This document shows positions 23,040 through 36,100 of a stretch of DNA of 64,000 nucleotides, one piece after another (the stretch's first letter is position 1; each line of letters opens with the position of its first letter). The DNA comes from Octopus sinensis (Eukaryota), in NCBI RefSeq assembly GCF_006345805.1, contig NC_043023.1, forward strand, positions 14,012,001 to 14,076,000, read 5' to 3'. The translations under genes were made by a program, and so were the position numbers. The notes beneath the pieces were generated by a model. The model saw only the letters and a program-made list of their open reading frames with translations, ran no database searches and had not been told where the DNA came from.

Positions 23040-23625
23040 GGCTCTATGTGGTGGGCATGGCTGAGAACAAAGGTCAACATAACTTCTTGGCCTCTTCAAG
23101 GGCCTTAGTATCCATCCTGCATTTTGTTTCCATCTTAGTAATGTGCATACAAAATAATGCAGCACTACACATTCTTCTTCTTAATCCTTTTTTCCCCTTG
23201 TGTAGCATAGGGTCTCAACAGTTGTTTTCCACTTTTTGCGGTCATTGGTGTGTTTCTTGGCTGCTTCCCATGTCAGGCCAATGGTCCTGAGTTCATCCAA
23301 AATGCTCCTCTTCCATGTCTGCTTCGGGTGTCCTCGCTTCCTTTTCCCCTGCGGGTTCCAGTCAAGTGCTTGTCATTTCACATTTGAGGGTCCTTTCCCT
23401 AGTCTGTATCCGATCCATCTCCATTTCCTTCATCTAATCTGAACATGTATGGGCTACTGGTTGGCCCTTTCCCACGGGTCAGTGTTTGGCATTTTGTCAA
23501 ACCACTTCAGATGGAGGATCTGCCAGAGACATATGTCGATGAAGGTCTGGATCTTCTTGTAGTTGCTGCAGGTTGCTCTCCATGTTTCAGAGCCATACAA
23601 AAGCACAGATTTTACATTTGAACTA
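23040..23625 (-). mobile_element. RTE-clade LINE 3' end (degenerate)
   Basis: RKWRWIG...ALDWNPQGKRKRGHPKQTWKRS...LTWEAAKK..NDRKKW. Confidence 0.8.
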
Positions 23626-23659
23626 AATTACACATCACCTTCACCTTGACCGACCAGTC

Positions 23660-24520
23660 CGTCAGGCGTCCATTTGACACTGCTGGTCACAGCACACTGT
23701 CCACTCCTCTCTGGATCGCGCCTTTCTAATCCACGTGATCCCAATCGTCCTCCTGAAATCGTAACTCCACCATCGTGGAGGTCTTCCGGTTGGTCTTTTC
23801 CATTCACGCGGGTACCACTCGACAGCTGCATGCGTCCACCGATTATCGGTGAGCCGGGCGACGTGTCCAGCCCATCTATACTTGCTGCGTGTATACTCTG
23901 CGATGACATCTCTTACGCCGGACTTCTTTCTGATGATCTTGCTACTTATGTGCTCTCTCAACGAGATTCCAAGCATTGACCTTTCCATGGCTCTTTGAGC
24001 TGTTACCAGTCTTTGCTCTTCTCTCTTTGTGGTAATAAAGACTCCGCCGGTTACGACGACGAGGGTCCCAGCTGATACGATCAACGGAACAGCTTGCTCG
24101 TGAAATTAACGTGCAAATGGCTGAGCATTCCACAGACACGTGTACCCTTAACGTAGTTCTCGGGGATAATCAGCGTGACACAGAGAGTGACAAGGCTGAC
24201 CCTTTGAAATACAAGTACAACTCATTTTTGCCAGCTGAGTGGACTGGAGCAACGTGAAATAAAGTGTCTTGCTCAAGGACACAACGCGTCGCCGGGAATC
24301 GAACTCACAACCTTACGATCATGAGCCGAATGCCCTAACCACTAAGCCACGCGCCCTCACTTCCTCTTTGTGGTAGCCCATGTTTCACTACCATATAACA
24401 TTGCAGGCAGAACTGCACTGTTAATGAGGTTGGCGCGGGTGGTCCTGTCCAACCTTCCCTTGAGCACATCCCTTATGCTATTTAACACCTTCCTTCCAGC
24501 CCTTACTCTCATTGCTTGTG
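23660..24520 (-). mobile_element. Second RTE-family LINE 3' end, interrupted by a SINE
   Basis: LPAMLYGSETWA|TTKREEQRL..RAMERSMLGIS..WAGHVARLTDNRWT..EWYPR..GRPP. Confidence 0.85.
24035..24363 (-). mobile_element. tRNA-derived SINE (head E + tail E) with 12-bp TSD
   Basis: TSD ctctttgtggta at 24023-24034 and 24364-24375. Confidence 0.9.
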
Positions 24521-24759
24521 TCTTGGGGATTACAGTGCCTTTGGGTCCTATATATGCAGGTTATGCACATTTGTGAACTGATAGCACATGCCTGAAATTT
24601 CCTGCATTAAACTGCATGTTTAATGCATTAATCCTTCCACAAGCTTGCAACATTGCCAGTGTTCTTTACTGTTTGTAGTAATTTTCTGCATTCAGGTCCT
24701 GCTGTAAGCTTCTGTTGCCATCCAGATTTTTATTGTCTGTGATAATTTTGTATCATTGT

Positions 24760-25965
24760 ATAGGCACCGGAGTGGCTGTGTGGTAAATAGTTTGCTAACC
24801 AACCACATGGTTCCGGGTTCAGTCCCACTGCTTGGCATCTTGGGCAAGTGTCTTCTGCTATAGCCCTGGGCCGACCAAAGCCTTGTGAGTGGATTTGGTA
24901 GACGGAAACTGAAAGAAGCCCATTGTATAGGCGCCGGAGTGGCTGTGTGGTAAATAGTTTGCTAACCAACCACATGGTTCCGGGTTCAGTCCCACTGCTT
25001 GGCATCTTGGGCAAGTGTCTTCTGCTATAGCCCTGGGCCGACCAAAGCCTTGTGAGTGGATTTGGTAGACGGAAACTGAAAGAAGCCCATTGTATAGGCG
25101 CCGGAGTGGCTGTGTGGTAAATAGTTTGCTAACCAACCACATGGTTCCGGGTTCAGTCCCACTGCTTGGCATCTTGGGCAAGTGTCTTCTGCTATAGCCC
25201 TGGGCCGACCAAAGCCTTGTGAGTGGATTTGGTAGACGGAAACTGAAAGAAGCCCATTGTATAGGCGCCGGAGTGGCTGTGTGGTAAATAGTTTGCTAAC
25301 CAACCACATGGTTCCGGGTTCAGTCCTACTGCGTGGCATCTTGGGCAAGTGTCTTCTGCTATAGCCCTGGGCCGACCAAAGCCTTGTGAGTGGATTTGGT
25401 AGACGGAAACTGAAAGAAGCTTGTCGTATATATGTATATAGGCGCCGGAGTGGCTGTGTGGTAAATAGTTTGCTAACCAACCACATGGTTCCGGGTTCAG
25501 TCCTACTGCGTGGCATCTTGGGCAAGTGTCTTCTGCTATAGCCCCGGGCCGACCAAAGCCTTGTGAGTGGATTTGGTAGACGGAAACTGAAAGAAGCTTG
25601 TCGTATATATGTATATAGGCGCCGGAGTGGCTGTGTGGTAAATAGTTTGCTAACCAACCACATGGTTCCGGGTTCAGTCCTACTGCGTGGCATCTTGGGC
25701 AAGTGTCTTCTGCTATAGCCCCGGGCCGACCAAAGCCTTGTGAGTGGATTTGGTAGACGGAAACTGAAAGAAGCTTGTCGTATATATGTATATAGGCGCC
25801 GGAGTGGCTGTGTGGTAAATAGTTTGCTAACCAACCACATGGTTCCGGGTTCAGTCCTACTGCGTGGCATCTTGGGCAAGTGTCTTCTGCTATAGCCCCG
25901 GGCCGACCAAAGCCTTGTGAGTGGATTTGGTAGACGGAAACTGGAAGAAGCCCGTCGTATATATT
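24760..25965 (+). repeat. Seven tandem copies of the SINE A tRNA-like head (167- and 177-bp units)
   Basis: Unit starts at 24763, 24930, 25097, 25264, 25441, 25618, 25795. Confidence 0.95.
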
Positions 25966-26167
25966 TATCAGTTTCTTTCTTATTCCATGATTTTGCTGAT
26001 GTGTGAAGTTGAAGAAATAATCCTGTAGATTTTAGCATCTTCTTTACTCCCACCTTAATGGACAGGACATGTAATGCCATCTTGTATCTGTTTAGGAAGT
26101 TTATCACTTGCAAGGGAACTCTGGAAAAATATCTGAAGTGCTTTCACTAAAACCTTCTTACATGTCA

Positions 26168-26570
26168 TAGAGATGCACTTGCATAGCAAGTGACCTGATC
26201 TGAGATCGGGTGCTGGAACGAAAGCAATTGCAGTGTGGAAGGTGTTTATAAGCCATTTAAGAAACACACAAAAGCCGTTAGATTCACTTCAACATTTAAA
26301 TTTAATTTCTCAAAATATTTTCGTCGCTTTGAGACCACGACCTGTTCAGGCAAAATTCCGTGCTATATATTAGAGATGTACTTGCATAGCAAGTGACCTG
26401 ATCGGAGATCGTGTGCTGGAACGAAAACAATTGAAGCGTGGAAGGTGTTTATAAACCATTTAAGAAACGCACAAAAACCGTTAGATTTATTTCAACATTT
26501 AAATTTAATTTCTCAAAATATTTTCATCGCTTTGAGAGCACGACCTGTTCAGGCAAAATTCTGTGCTGCA
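26168..26570. repeat. 203-bp tandem dimer, possibly Penelope-like terminal repeat
   Basis: tagagatg.acttgcatagcaagtgacc starts at 26168 and 26371. Confidence 0.8.
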
Positions 26571-26793
26571 TCTCTTACATAATATCAGGAGAATAGCTGG
26601 GAGGCCAATGGGAGCAGTTGCTGAATTTAAAAATATTTCATCTATGGCTGCTGTTACATCTCCCTCTGTCAATGAAATAGATGGCTGTTGTTGTTGTCAT
26701 CTGCAGAGTTGTAATGTCAAAGAATTTCACTAGATTTCTTAACTGTCTCAGGGATCAGACTAAAAGACTTCTAAATTGTTCACTAAGCATTTC

Positions 26794-27024
26794 TATTTCT
26801 TTACTACCCAACAGGGGCTAAACACAGAGGGGACAAACAAGGACAGACGAACGGATTAAGTCGATTATATCGACCCCAGTGCTTAACCGGTACTTATTTA
26901 TTCGACCCCGAAAGGATGAAAGGCAAAGTTGACCTCGGCGGAATTTGAACTCAGAACGTAACGGCAGACGAAATACCACGAAGCATTTCGCCCGGCCTGC
27001 TAACGTTTCTGCCAGCTCGCTGCC
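26794..27024 (-). mobile_element. Full-length CORE-type SINE B with 15-bp TSD
   Basis: TSD ttcactaagcatttc at 26779-26793 and 27025-27039. Confidence 0.92.
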
Positions 27025-27199
27025 TTCACTAAGCATTTCACTTCCCCTTTCAAAGTCTATGGTCAGTGAACCGTTACATTGGAAGACTAATATATTTTCT
27101 ACTACTCTGTACCTGTTTCCTTTGCAGTTTGAAATTCTGTTTTGGTTTCTGGAACATCTGATTCCATTATTCCAAAACAGTTTTTACCATTTCATTGAG

Positions 27200-30170
27200 G
27201 CGCCTCTTTTGGATTTTGGAGAATGCATGGATATTCCATTGATCAATTTGTTGTCCCTTTGTTTCATCAGGCCATGTTTATATATATAGAAAGGAAATTT
27301 GGAGCTAGAAATCAACTTTTCTGCTTCTGTTTTCCTTCATTATGTGAGAATGTGCTACCCATCATAACTGTGATCAGATAATGTGGGCCTTTGTGCTAAC
27401 TTTGCCATTGTGGTGTTGTTTGAAGTTCCTGTAGTCATCTCTGACATGTGGGATTCCCCTATTGCAAAACAATTTTTAGCATTTGCTTCCTACATGGAAC
27501 CAGTCCTGCTGCCTCTTTTGGATTTTGGAGAATGCATGGATATTCCATTGATCAATTTGTTGTCCCTTTGTTTCATCAGGCCATGTTTATATATATAGAA
27601 AGGAAATTTGGACTTAAAAATCAACTTTTCTGCTTCTGTTTTCCTTCATTATGTGAGAATGTGCTACCTATCATAACTGCGATCAGATAATGTGGGCCTT
27701 TGTGCTAACTTTGCCATTGTGGTGTTGTTTGAAGTTCCTGTAGTCATCTCTGACATGTGGGATTCCCCTATTGCAAAACAATTTTTAGCATTTCCTTCCT
27801 CGATGGAACCAGTCCTGCTGCCTCTTTTGGATTTTGGAGAATGCATGGATATTCCATTGATCAATTTGTTGTCCCTTTGTTTCATCAGGCCATGTTTATA
27901 TATATAGAAAGGAAATTTGGACTTAAAAATCAACTTTTCTGCTTCTGTTTTCCTTCATTATGTGAGAATGTGCTACCTATCATAACTGTGATCAGATAAT
28001 GTGGGCCTTCGTGCTAACTTTGTCATTGTGGTGTTGTTTGAACTTCTTGTAGTCGTCTCTGAAACGTCAGTTTCCCCTATTGCAAAAAATTTTTATCATT
28101 TGCTTCCTTGATGGAAACAGTGCTGCTGCCTCTATTGGATTTTGGAGAATGCATGGATATTCCATTGATCAATTTGTTGTCCCTTTGTTTCATCAGGCCA
28201 TGTTTATATATATAGAAAGGAAATTTGGTCCTAGAAATCAACTTTTCTGCTAATGTTTTCCTTCATTATATGAGATTGTGCTACCCATCATAACTGTGAT
28301 CAGATAATGTGGGCCTTTGTGCTAACTTTGCTATTGTGGTGTTGTTTGAACTTCTTGTAGTCGTCTCTGAAACGTCGGTTTCCGCTATTTAAAAGAATTT
28401 TTAGCATTTGCTTCCTTGATGGAACCAGTCCTGCTGCCAATTTTGGATTTTGGAGAATGCATGGATATTCCATTGATCAATTTGTTGTCCCTTTGTTTCA
28501 TAGGGCCATGTTTATATATATAGAAAGGAAATTTTGACCTAGAAATTAACTTTTCTGCTTCTGTTTTCCTTCATTATATGAGAATGTGCTACCCATCATA
28601 ACTGTGATCAGATAATGTGGGCCTTTGTGCTAACTTTGCCATTTTGGTGGTGTTTGAACTTCTTGTAGTCATCTCTGAAACGTCTGTTTCCCCTATTGGA
28701 AAACAATTTTTAGCATTTGCTTCCTTGATGGAAACAGTGCTGCTGCCTCTTTTGGATTTTGGAGAATGCATGGATATTCCATTGATCAATTAGTTGTCCC
28801 TTTTTTTCATCGGGCCATGTTTATATATATAGAAAGGAAATTTGGACCTGAAAATCAACTTTTCTGCTTCTGTTTTCCTTCATTATGTGAGAATGTGCTA
28901 CCCATAATAACTGTGATCAGATAATGTGGGCCTTTGTGCTAACTTTGCTATTGTGGTGTTGTTTGAACTTCCTGTAGTCGTCTCTGACATGTGGGAGACC
29001 CCTATTGCAAAACAATTTTTAGCATTTGCTTCCTTCATGGAACCAGTCCTGTTGCCTCTTTTGGATTTTGGAGAATGCATGGATATTCCATTGATCAATT
29101 TGTTGTCCCTTTGTTTTATAGGGTCATGTTTATATATATAGTAAGGAAATTTGGACCTAGAAATCAACTTTTCTGCTTCTATTTTCCTTCATTATGTGAG
29201 AATGTGCTACCCATCATAACTGTGATCAGATAATGTGGGCCTTTCTGCTAACTTTGCCATTGTCGTGGTGTTGCTTGAACTTCTTGTAGTCGTCTCTGAA
29301 ACGTCGGTTTCCACTATTGGAAAACAATTTTTAGCATTTGCTTTCTCGATGGAACCAGTCCTGTTGCCTCTTTTGAATTTTGGAGAATGCATGGATATTC
29401 CATTGATCAATTTGTTGTCCCTTTGTTCCATCAGGCCATGTTTATATATATAGAAAGGAAATTTGGACCTAGAAATCAACTTTTCTGCTTCTGTTTTCCT
29501 TCATTATGTGAGAATATGCTACCCATCATAACTGTGATCAGATAATGTGGGCCTTTGTGCTAACTTTGCCATTGTGGTGTTGTTTGAACTTCTTGTAGTC
29601 GTCTCTGAAACGTCGGTTTCCCCTATTGGAAAACAATTTTTAGCATTTGCTTCCTCGATGGAACCAGTCCTGCTGCCTCTTTTGGATTTTGGAGAATGCA
29701 TGGATATTCCATTGATCAATTTGTTGTCCCTTTGTTTCATCAGGCCATGTTTATATATATAGAAAGGAAATTTGGACTTAAAAATCAACTTTTCTGCTTC
29801 TGTTTTCCTTCATTATGTGAGAATGTGCTACCTATCATAACTGTGATCAGATAATGTGGGCCTTTGTGCTAACTTTTCCATTGTGGTGTTGTTTGAAGTT
29901 CCTGTAGTCATCTCTGACATGTGGGATTCCCCTATTGCAAAACAATTTTTAGCATTTCCTTCCTTGATGGAACCAGTCCTGCTGCCTCTTTTGGATTTTG
30001 GAGAATGCATGGATATTCCATTGATCAATTTGTTGTCCCTTTGTTTCATCAGGCCATGTTTATATATATAGAAAGGAAATTTGGACTTAAAAATCAACTT
30101 TTCTGCTTCTGTTTTCCTTCATTATGTGAGAATGTGCTACCTATCATAACTGTGATCAGATAATGTGGGC
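27200..30170. repeat. 309-bp satellite, ~10 diverged copies
   Basis: gtgggcctttgtgctaac at 27383, 27692, 28001, 28309, 28617, 28926, 29235, 29547, 29856. Confidence 0.95.
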
Positions 30171-33100
30171 CTTTGTGCTAACTTTGCCATTGTGGTGTTG
30201 TTTGAACTTCTTGTAGTCGTCTCTGAAACGTCAGTTTCCCCTATTGGAAAACAAGTTTTAGCATTTGCTTCCTCAATGGAACCAGTCCTGCTGCCTCCTT
30301 TGGAAAACATTTTGTGCTAACTTTGCCATTGTGGTGTTGTTTGAACTTCTTGTAGTCATCTCTGAAACGTCGGTTTCCCCTATTGGAAAACAATTTTTAG
30401 CATTTGCTTCCTCAATGGAACCAGTCCTGCTGCCTCCTTTGGAAAACATTTTGTGTTAACTTTGCCATTGTGGTGTTGTTTGAACTTCTTGTAGTCGTCT
30501 CTGAAACGTCAGTTTCCCCTATTGGAAAACAATTTTTAGCATTTGCTTCCTCAATGGAACCAGTCCTGCTGCCTCCTTTGGAAAACATTTTGTGCTTACT
30601 TTGCCATTGTGGTGTTGTTTGAACTTCTTGTAGTCGTCTCTGAAACGTAAGTTTCCCCTATTGGAAAACAATTTTTAGCATTTGCTTCCTTGATGGAACC
30701 AGTCCTGCTGCCTCCATAGGAAAACATTTTGTGTTAACTTTGCCATTGTGGTGAGGTTTGAACTTCTTGTAGTCGTCTCTGAAACGTCAGTTTCCCCTAT
30801 TGGAAAACAATTTTTAGCATTTGCTTCCTTGATGGAACCAGTCCTGCTGCCTCCATAGGAAAACATTTTGTGTTAACTTTGCCATTGTGGTGAGGTTTGA
30901 ACTTCTTGTAGTCGTCTCTGAAACGTAAGTTTCCCCTATTGGAAAACAATTTTTAGCATTTGCTTCCTTGATGGAACCAGTCCTGCTGCCTCCATAGGAA
31001 AACATTTTGTGTTAACTTTGCCATTGTGGTGAGGTTTGAACTTCTTGTAGTCGTCTCTGAAACGTCAGTTTCCCCTATTGGAAAACAATTTTTAGCATTT
31101 GCTTCCTTGATGGAACCAGTCCTGCTGCCTCCTTTGGAAAACATTTTGTGCTTACTTTGCCATTGTGGTGTTGTTTGAACTTCTTGTAGTCGTCTCTGAA
31201 ACGTAAGTTTCCCCTATTGGAAAACAATTTTTAGCATTTGCTTCCTTGATGGAACCAGTCCTGCTGCCTCCTTTGGAAAACATTTTGTGCTTACTTTGCC
31301 ATTGTGGTGTTGTTTGAACTTCTTGTAGTCGTCTCTGAAACGTCAGTTTCCCCTATTGGAAAACAATTTTTAGCATTTGCTTCCTTGATGGAACCAGTCC
31401 TGCTGCCTCCTTTGGAAAACATTTTGTGTTAACTTTGCCATTGTGGTGTTGTTTGAACTTCTTGTAGTCGTCTCTGAAACGTCAGTTTCCCCTATTGGAA
31501 AACAATTTTTAGCATTTGCTTCCTTGATGGAACCAGTCCTGCTGCCTCCTTTGGAATACATTTTGTGCTTACTTTGCCATTGTGGTGTTGTTTGAACTTC
31601 TTGTAGTCGTCTCTGAAACGTCAGTTTCCCCTATTGGAAAACAATTTTTAGCATTTGCTTCCTTGATGGAACCAGTCCTGCTGCCTCCTTTGGAACACAT
31701 TTTGTCCTTACTTTACCATTGTGGTGTTGTTTGAACTTCTTGTAGTCGTCTCTGAAACGTCAGTTTCCCCTATTGGAAAACAACTTTTAGCATTTGCTTC
31801 CTTGATGGAACCAGTCCTGCTGCCTCCTTTGGAACACATTTTGTGCTTACTTTGCCATTGTGGTGTTGTTTGAACTTCTTGTAGTCGTCTCTGAAACGTC
31901 AGTTTCCCCTATTGGAAAACAATTTTTAGCATTTGCTTCCTTGATGGAACCAGTCCTGCTGCCTCCTTTGGAACACATTTTGTGCTTACTTTGCCATTGT
32001 GGTGTTGTTTGAACTTCTTGTAGTCGTCTCTGAAACGTCAGTTTCCCCTATTGGAAAACAATTTTTAGCATTTGCTTCCTCGATGGAACCAGTCCTGGTG
32101 CCTCCTTTGGAACACATTTTGTGCTTACTTTGCCATTGTGGTGTTGATTGAACTTCTTGTAGTCGTCTCTGAAACGTCAGTTTCCCCTATTGGAAAACAA
32201 TTTTTAGCATTTGCTTCCTTGATGGAACCAGTCCTTCTGCCTCCTTTGGAAAACATTTTGTGCTTACTTTGCCATTGTGGTGTTGTTTGAACTTCTTGTA
32301 GTCGTCTCTGAAACGTCAGTTTCCCCTATTGGAAAACAATTTTTAGCATTTGCTTCCTTGATGGAACCAGTCCTTCTGCCTCCTTTGGAAAACATTTTGT
32401 GCTTACTTTGCCATTGTGGTGTTGTTTGAACTTCTTGTAGTCGTCTCTGAAACGTCAGTTTCCCCTTTTGGAAAACAATTTTTAGCATTTGCTTCCTTGA
32501 TGGAACCAGTCCTGCTGCCTCCTTTGGAACACATTTTGTGCTTACTTTGCCATTGTGGTGTTGTTTGAACTTCTTGTAGTCGTCTCTGAAACGTCAGTTT
32601 CCCCTATTGGAAAACAATTTTTAGCATTTGCTTCCTCGATGGAACCAGTCCTGCTGCCTCCTTTGGAACACATTTTGTGCTTACTTTGCCATTGTGGTGT
32701 TGTTTGAACTTCTTGTAGTCGTCTCTGAAACGTCAGTTTCCCCTATTGGAAAACAATTTTTAGCATTTGCTTCCTCGATGGAACCAGTCCTGCTGCCTCC
32801 TTTGGAAACATTTTGTGCTTACTTTGCCATTGTGGTGTTGTTTGAACTTCTTGTAGTCGTCTCTGAAACGTCAGTTTCCCCTATTGGAAAACAATTTTTA
32901 GCATTTGCTTCCTCGATGGAACCAGTCCTGCTGCCTCCTTTGGAACACATTTTGTGCTTACTTTGCCATTGTGGTGTTGTTTGAACTTCTTGTAGTCGTC
33001 TCTGAAACGTCAGTTTCCCCTATTGGAAAACAATTTTAGCATTTGCTTCCTTGATGGAACCAGTCCTGCTGCCTCCTTTGGAAACATTTTGTGCTTACTT

Positions 33101-36100
33101 TGCCATTGTGGTGTTGTTTGAACTTCTTGTAGTCGTCTCTGAAACGTCAGTTTCCCCTATTGGAAAACAATTTTTAGCATTTGCTTCCTTGATGGAACCA
33201 GTCCTGCTGCCTCCTTTGGAAAACATTTTGTGCTTACTTTGCCATTGTGGTGTTGTTTGAACTTCTTGTAGTCGTCTCTGAAACGTCAGTTTCCCCTATT
33301 GGAAAACAATTTTTAGCATTTGCTTCCTTGATTGAACCAGTCCTGCTGCCTCCTTTGGAACACATTTTGTGCTTACTTTGCCATTGTGGTGTTGTTTGAA
33401 CTTCTTGTAGTCGTCTCTGAAACGTCAGTTTCCCCTATTGGAAAACAATTTTTAGCATTTGCTTCCTTGATGGAACCAGTCCTGCTGCCTCCTTTGGAAT
33501 ACATTTTGTGCTTACTTTGCCATTGTGGTGTTGTTTGAACTTCTTGTAGTCGTCTCTGAAACGTCAGTTTCCCCTATTGGAAAACAATTTTTAGCATTTG
33601 CTTCCTTGATGGAACCAGTCCTGCTGCCTCCTTTGGAATACATTTTGTGCTTACTTTGCCATTGTGGTGTTGTTTGAACTTCTTGTAGTCGTCTCTGAAA
33701 CGTCAGTTTCCCCTATTGGAAAACAATTTTTAGCATTTGCTTCCTTGATGGAACCAGTCCTGCTGCCTCCTTTGGAACACATTTTGTGCTTACTTTGCCA
33801 TTGTGGTGTTGTTTGAACTTCTTGTAGTCGTCTCTGAAACGTCAGTTTCCCCTATTGGAAAACAATTTTTAGCATTTGCTTCCTCAATGGAACCAGTCCT
33901 GCTGCCTCCTTTGGAAAACATTTTGTGCTTACTTTGCCATTGTGGTGTTGTTTGAACTTCTTGTAGTCGTCTCTGAAACGTCAGTTTCCCCTATTGGAAA
34001 ACAATTTTTAGCATTTGCTTCCTTGATGGAACCAGTCCTGCTGCCTCCTTTGGAAAACATTTTGTGCTTACTTTGCCATTGTGGTGTTGTTTGAACTTCT
34101 TGTAGTCGTCTCTGAAACGTCAGTTTCCCCTATTGGAAAACAATTTTTAGCATTTGCTTCCTCAATGGAACCAGTCCTGCTGCCTCCTTTGGAACACATT
34201 TTGTGCTTACTTTGCCATTGTGGTGTTGTTTGAACTTCTTGTAGTCGTCTCTGAAACGTCAGTTTCCCCTATTGGAAAACAATTCTTAGCATTTGCTTCC
34301 TTCATGGAACCAGTCCTGCTGCCGCCTTTGGAAAACATTTTGTGCTTGCTTTGCCATTGTGGTGTTCTGTGAACTTCTTGTAGTCGTCTCTGAAACGTCA
34401 GTTTCCCCTATTGGAAAACAATTTTTAGCATTTGCTTCCTTGATGGAACCAGTCCTGCTGCCTCCTTTGGAAAACATTTTGTGCTTACTTTGCCATTGTG
34501 GTGTTGTTTGAACTTCTTGTAGTCGTCTCTGAAACGTCAGTTTCCCCTATTGGAAAACAATTTTTAGCATTTGCTTCCTTGATGGAACCAGTCCTGCTGC
34601 CCCTTTGGAAAACATTTTGTGCTTACTTTGCCATTGTGGTGTTGTTTGAACTTCTTGTAGTCGTCTCTGAAACGTCAGTTTCCCCTATTGGAAAACAATT
34701 TTTAGCATTTGCTTCCTTGATGGAACCAGTCCTGCTGCCTCCTTTGGAAAACATTTTGTGCTTACTTTGCCATTGTGGTGTTGTGAACTTCTTGTAGTCG
34801 TCTCTGAAACGTCAGTTTCCCCTATTGGAAAACAATTTTTAGCATTTGCTTCCTTGATGGAACCAGTCCTGCTGCCTCCTTTGGAAAACATTTTGTGCTT
34901 ACTTTGCCATTGTGGTGTTGTTTGAACTTCTTGTAGTCGTCTCTGAAACGTCAGTTTCCCCTATTGGAAAACAATTTTTAGCATTTGCTTCCTTGATGGA
35001 ACCAGTCCTGCTGCCTCCTTTGGAAAACATTTTGTGCTTACTTTGCCATTGTGGTGTTGTTTGAACTTCTTGTAGTCGTCTCTGAAACGTCAGTTTCCCC
35101 TATTGGAAAACAATTTTTAGCATTTGCTTCCTTGATGGAACCAGTCCTGCTGCCTCCTTTGGAAAACATTTTGTGCTTACTTTGCCATTGTGGTGTTGTT
35201 TGAACTTCTTGTAGTCGTCTCTGAAACGTCAGTTTCCCCTATTGAAAACAATTTTAGCATTTGCTTCCTTGATGGAACCAGTCCTGCTGCCTCCTTTGGA
35301 AAACATTTTGTGCTTACTTTGCCATTGTGGTGTTGTTTGAACTTCTTGTAGTCGTCTCTGAAACGTCAGTTTCCCCTATTGGAAAACAATTTTTAGCATT
35401 TGCTTCCTTGATGGAACCAGTCCTGCTGCCTCCTTTGGAAAACATTTTGTGCTTACTTTGCCATTGTGGTGTTGTTTGAACTTCTTGTAGTCGTCTCTGA
35501 AACGTCAGTTTCCCCTATTGGAAAACAATTTTAGCATTTGCTTCCTTGATGGAACCAGTCCTGCTGCCTCCTTTGGAAAACATTTTGTGCTTACTTTGCC
35601 ATTGTGGTGTTGTTTGAACTTCTTGTAGTCGTCTCTGAAACGTCAGTTTCCCCTATTGGAAAACAATTTTAGCATTTGCTTCCTCAATGGAACCAGTCCT
35701 GCTGCCTCCTTTGGAAAACATTTTGTGCTTACTTTGCCATTGTGGTGTTGTTTGAACTTCTTGTAGTCGTCTCTGAAACGTCAGTTTCCCCTATTGGAAA
35801 ACAATTTTAGCATTTGCTTCCTTGATGGAACCAGTCCTGCTGCCTCCTTTGGAAAACATTTTGTGCTTACTTTGCCATTGTGGTGTTGTTTGAACTTCTT
35901 GTAGTCGTCTCTGAAACGTCAGTTTCCCCTATTGGAAAACAATTTTAGCATTTGCTTCCTCAATGGAACCAGTCCTGCTGCCTCCTTTGGAAAACATTTT
36001 GTGCTTACTTTGCCATTGTGGTGTTGTTTGAACTTCTTGTAGTCGTCTCTGAAACGTCAGTTTCCCCTATTGGAAAACAATTTTAGCATTTGCTTCCTTG

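Noticed and set aside
25025-26113. 362-aa repetitive ORF
   Set aside because: Antisense translation of the tandem SINE heads (the 177-bp unit is divisible by 3).
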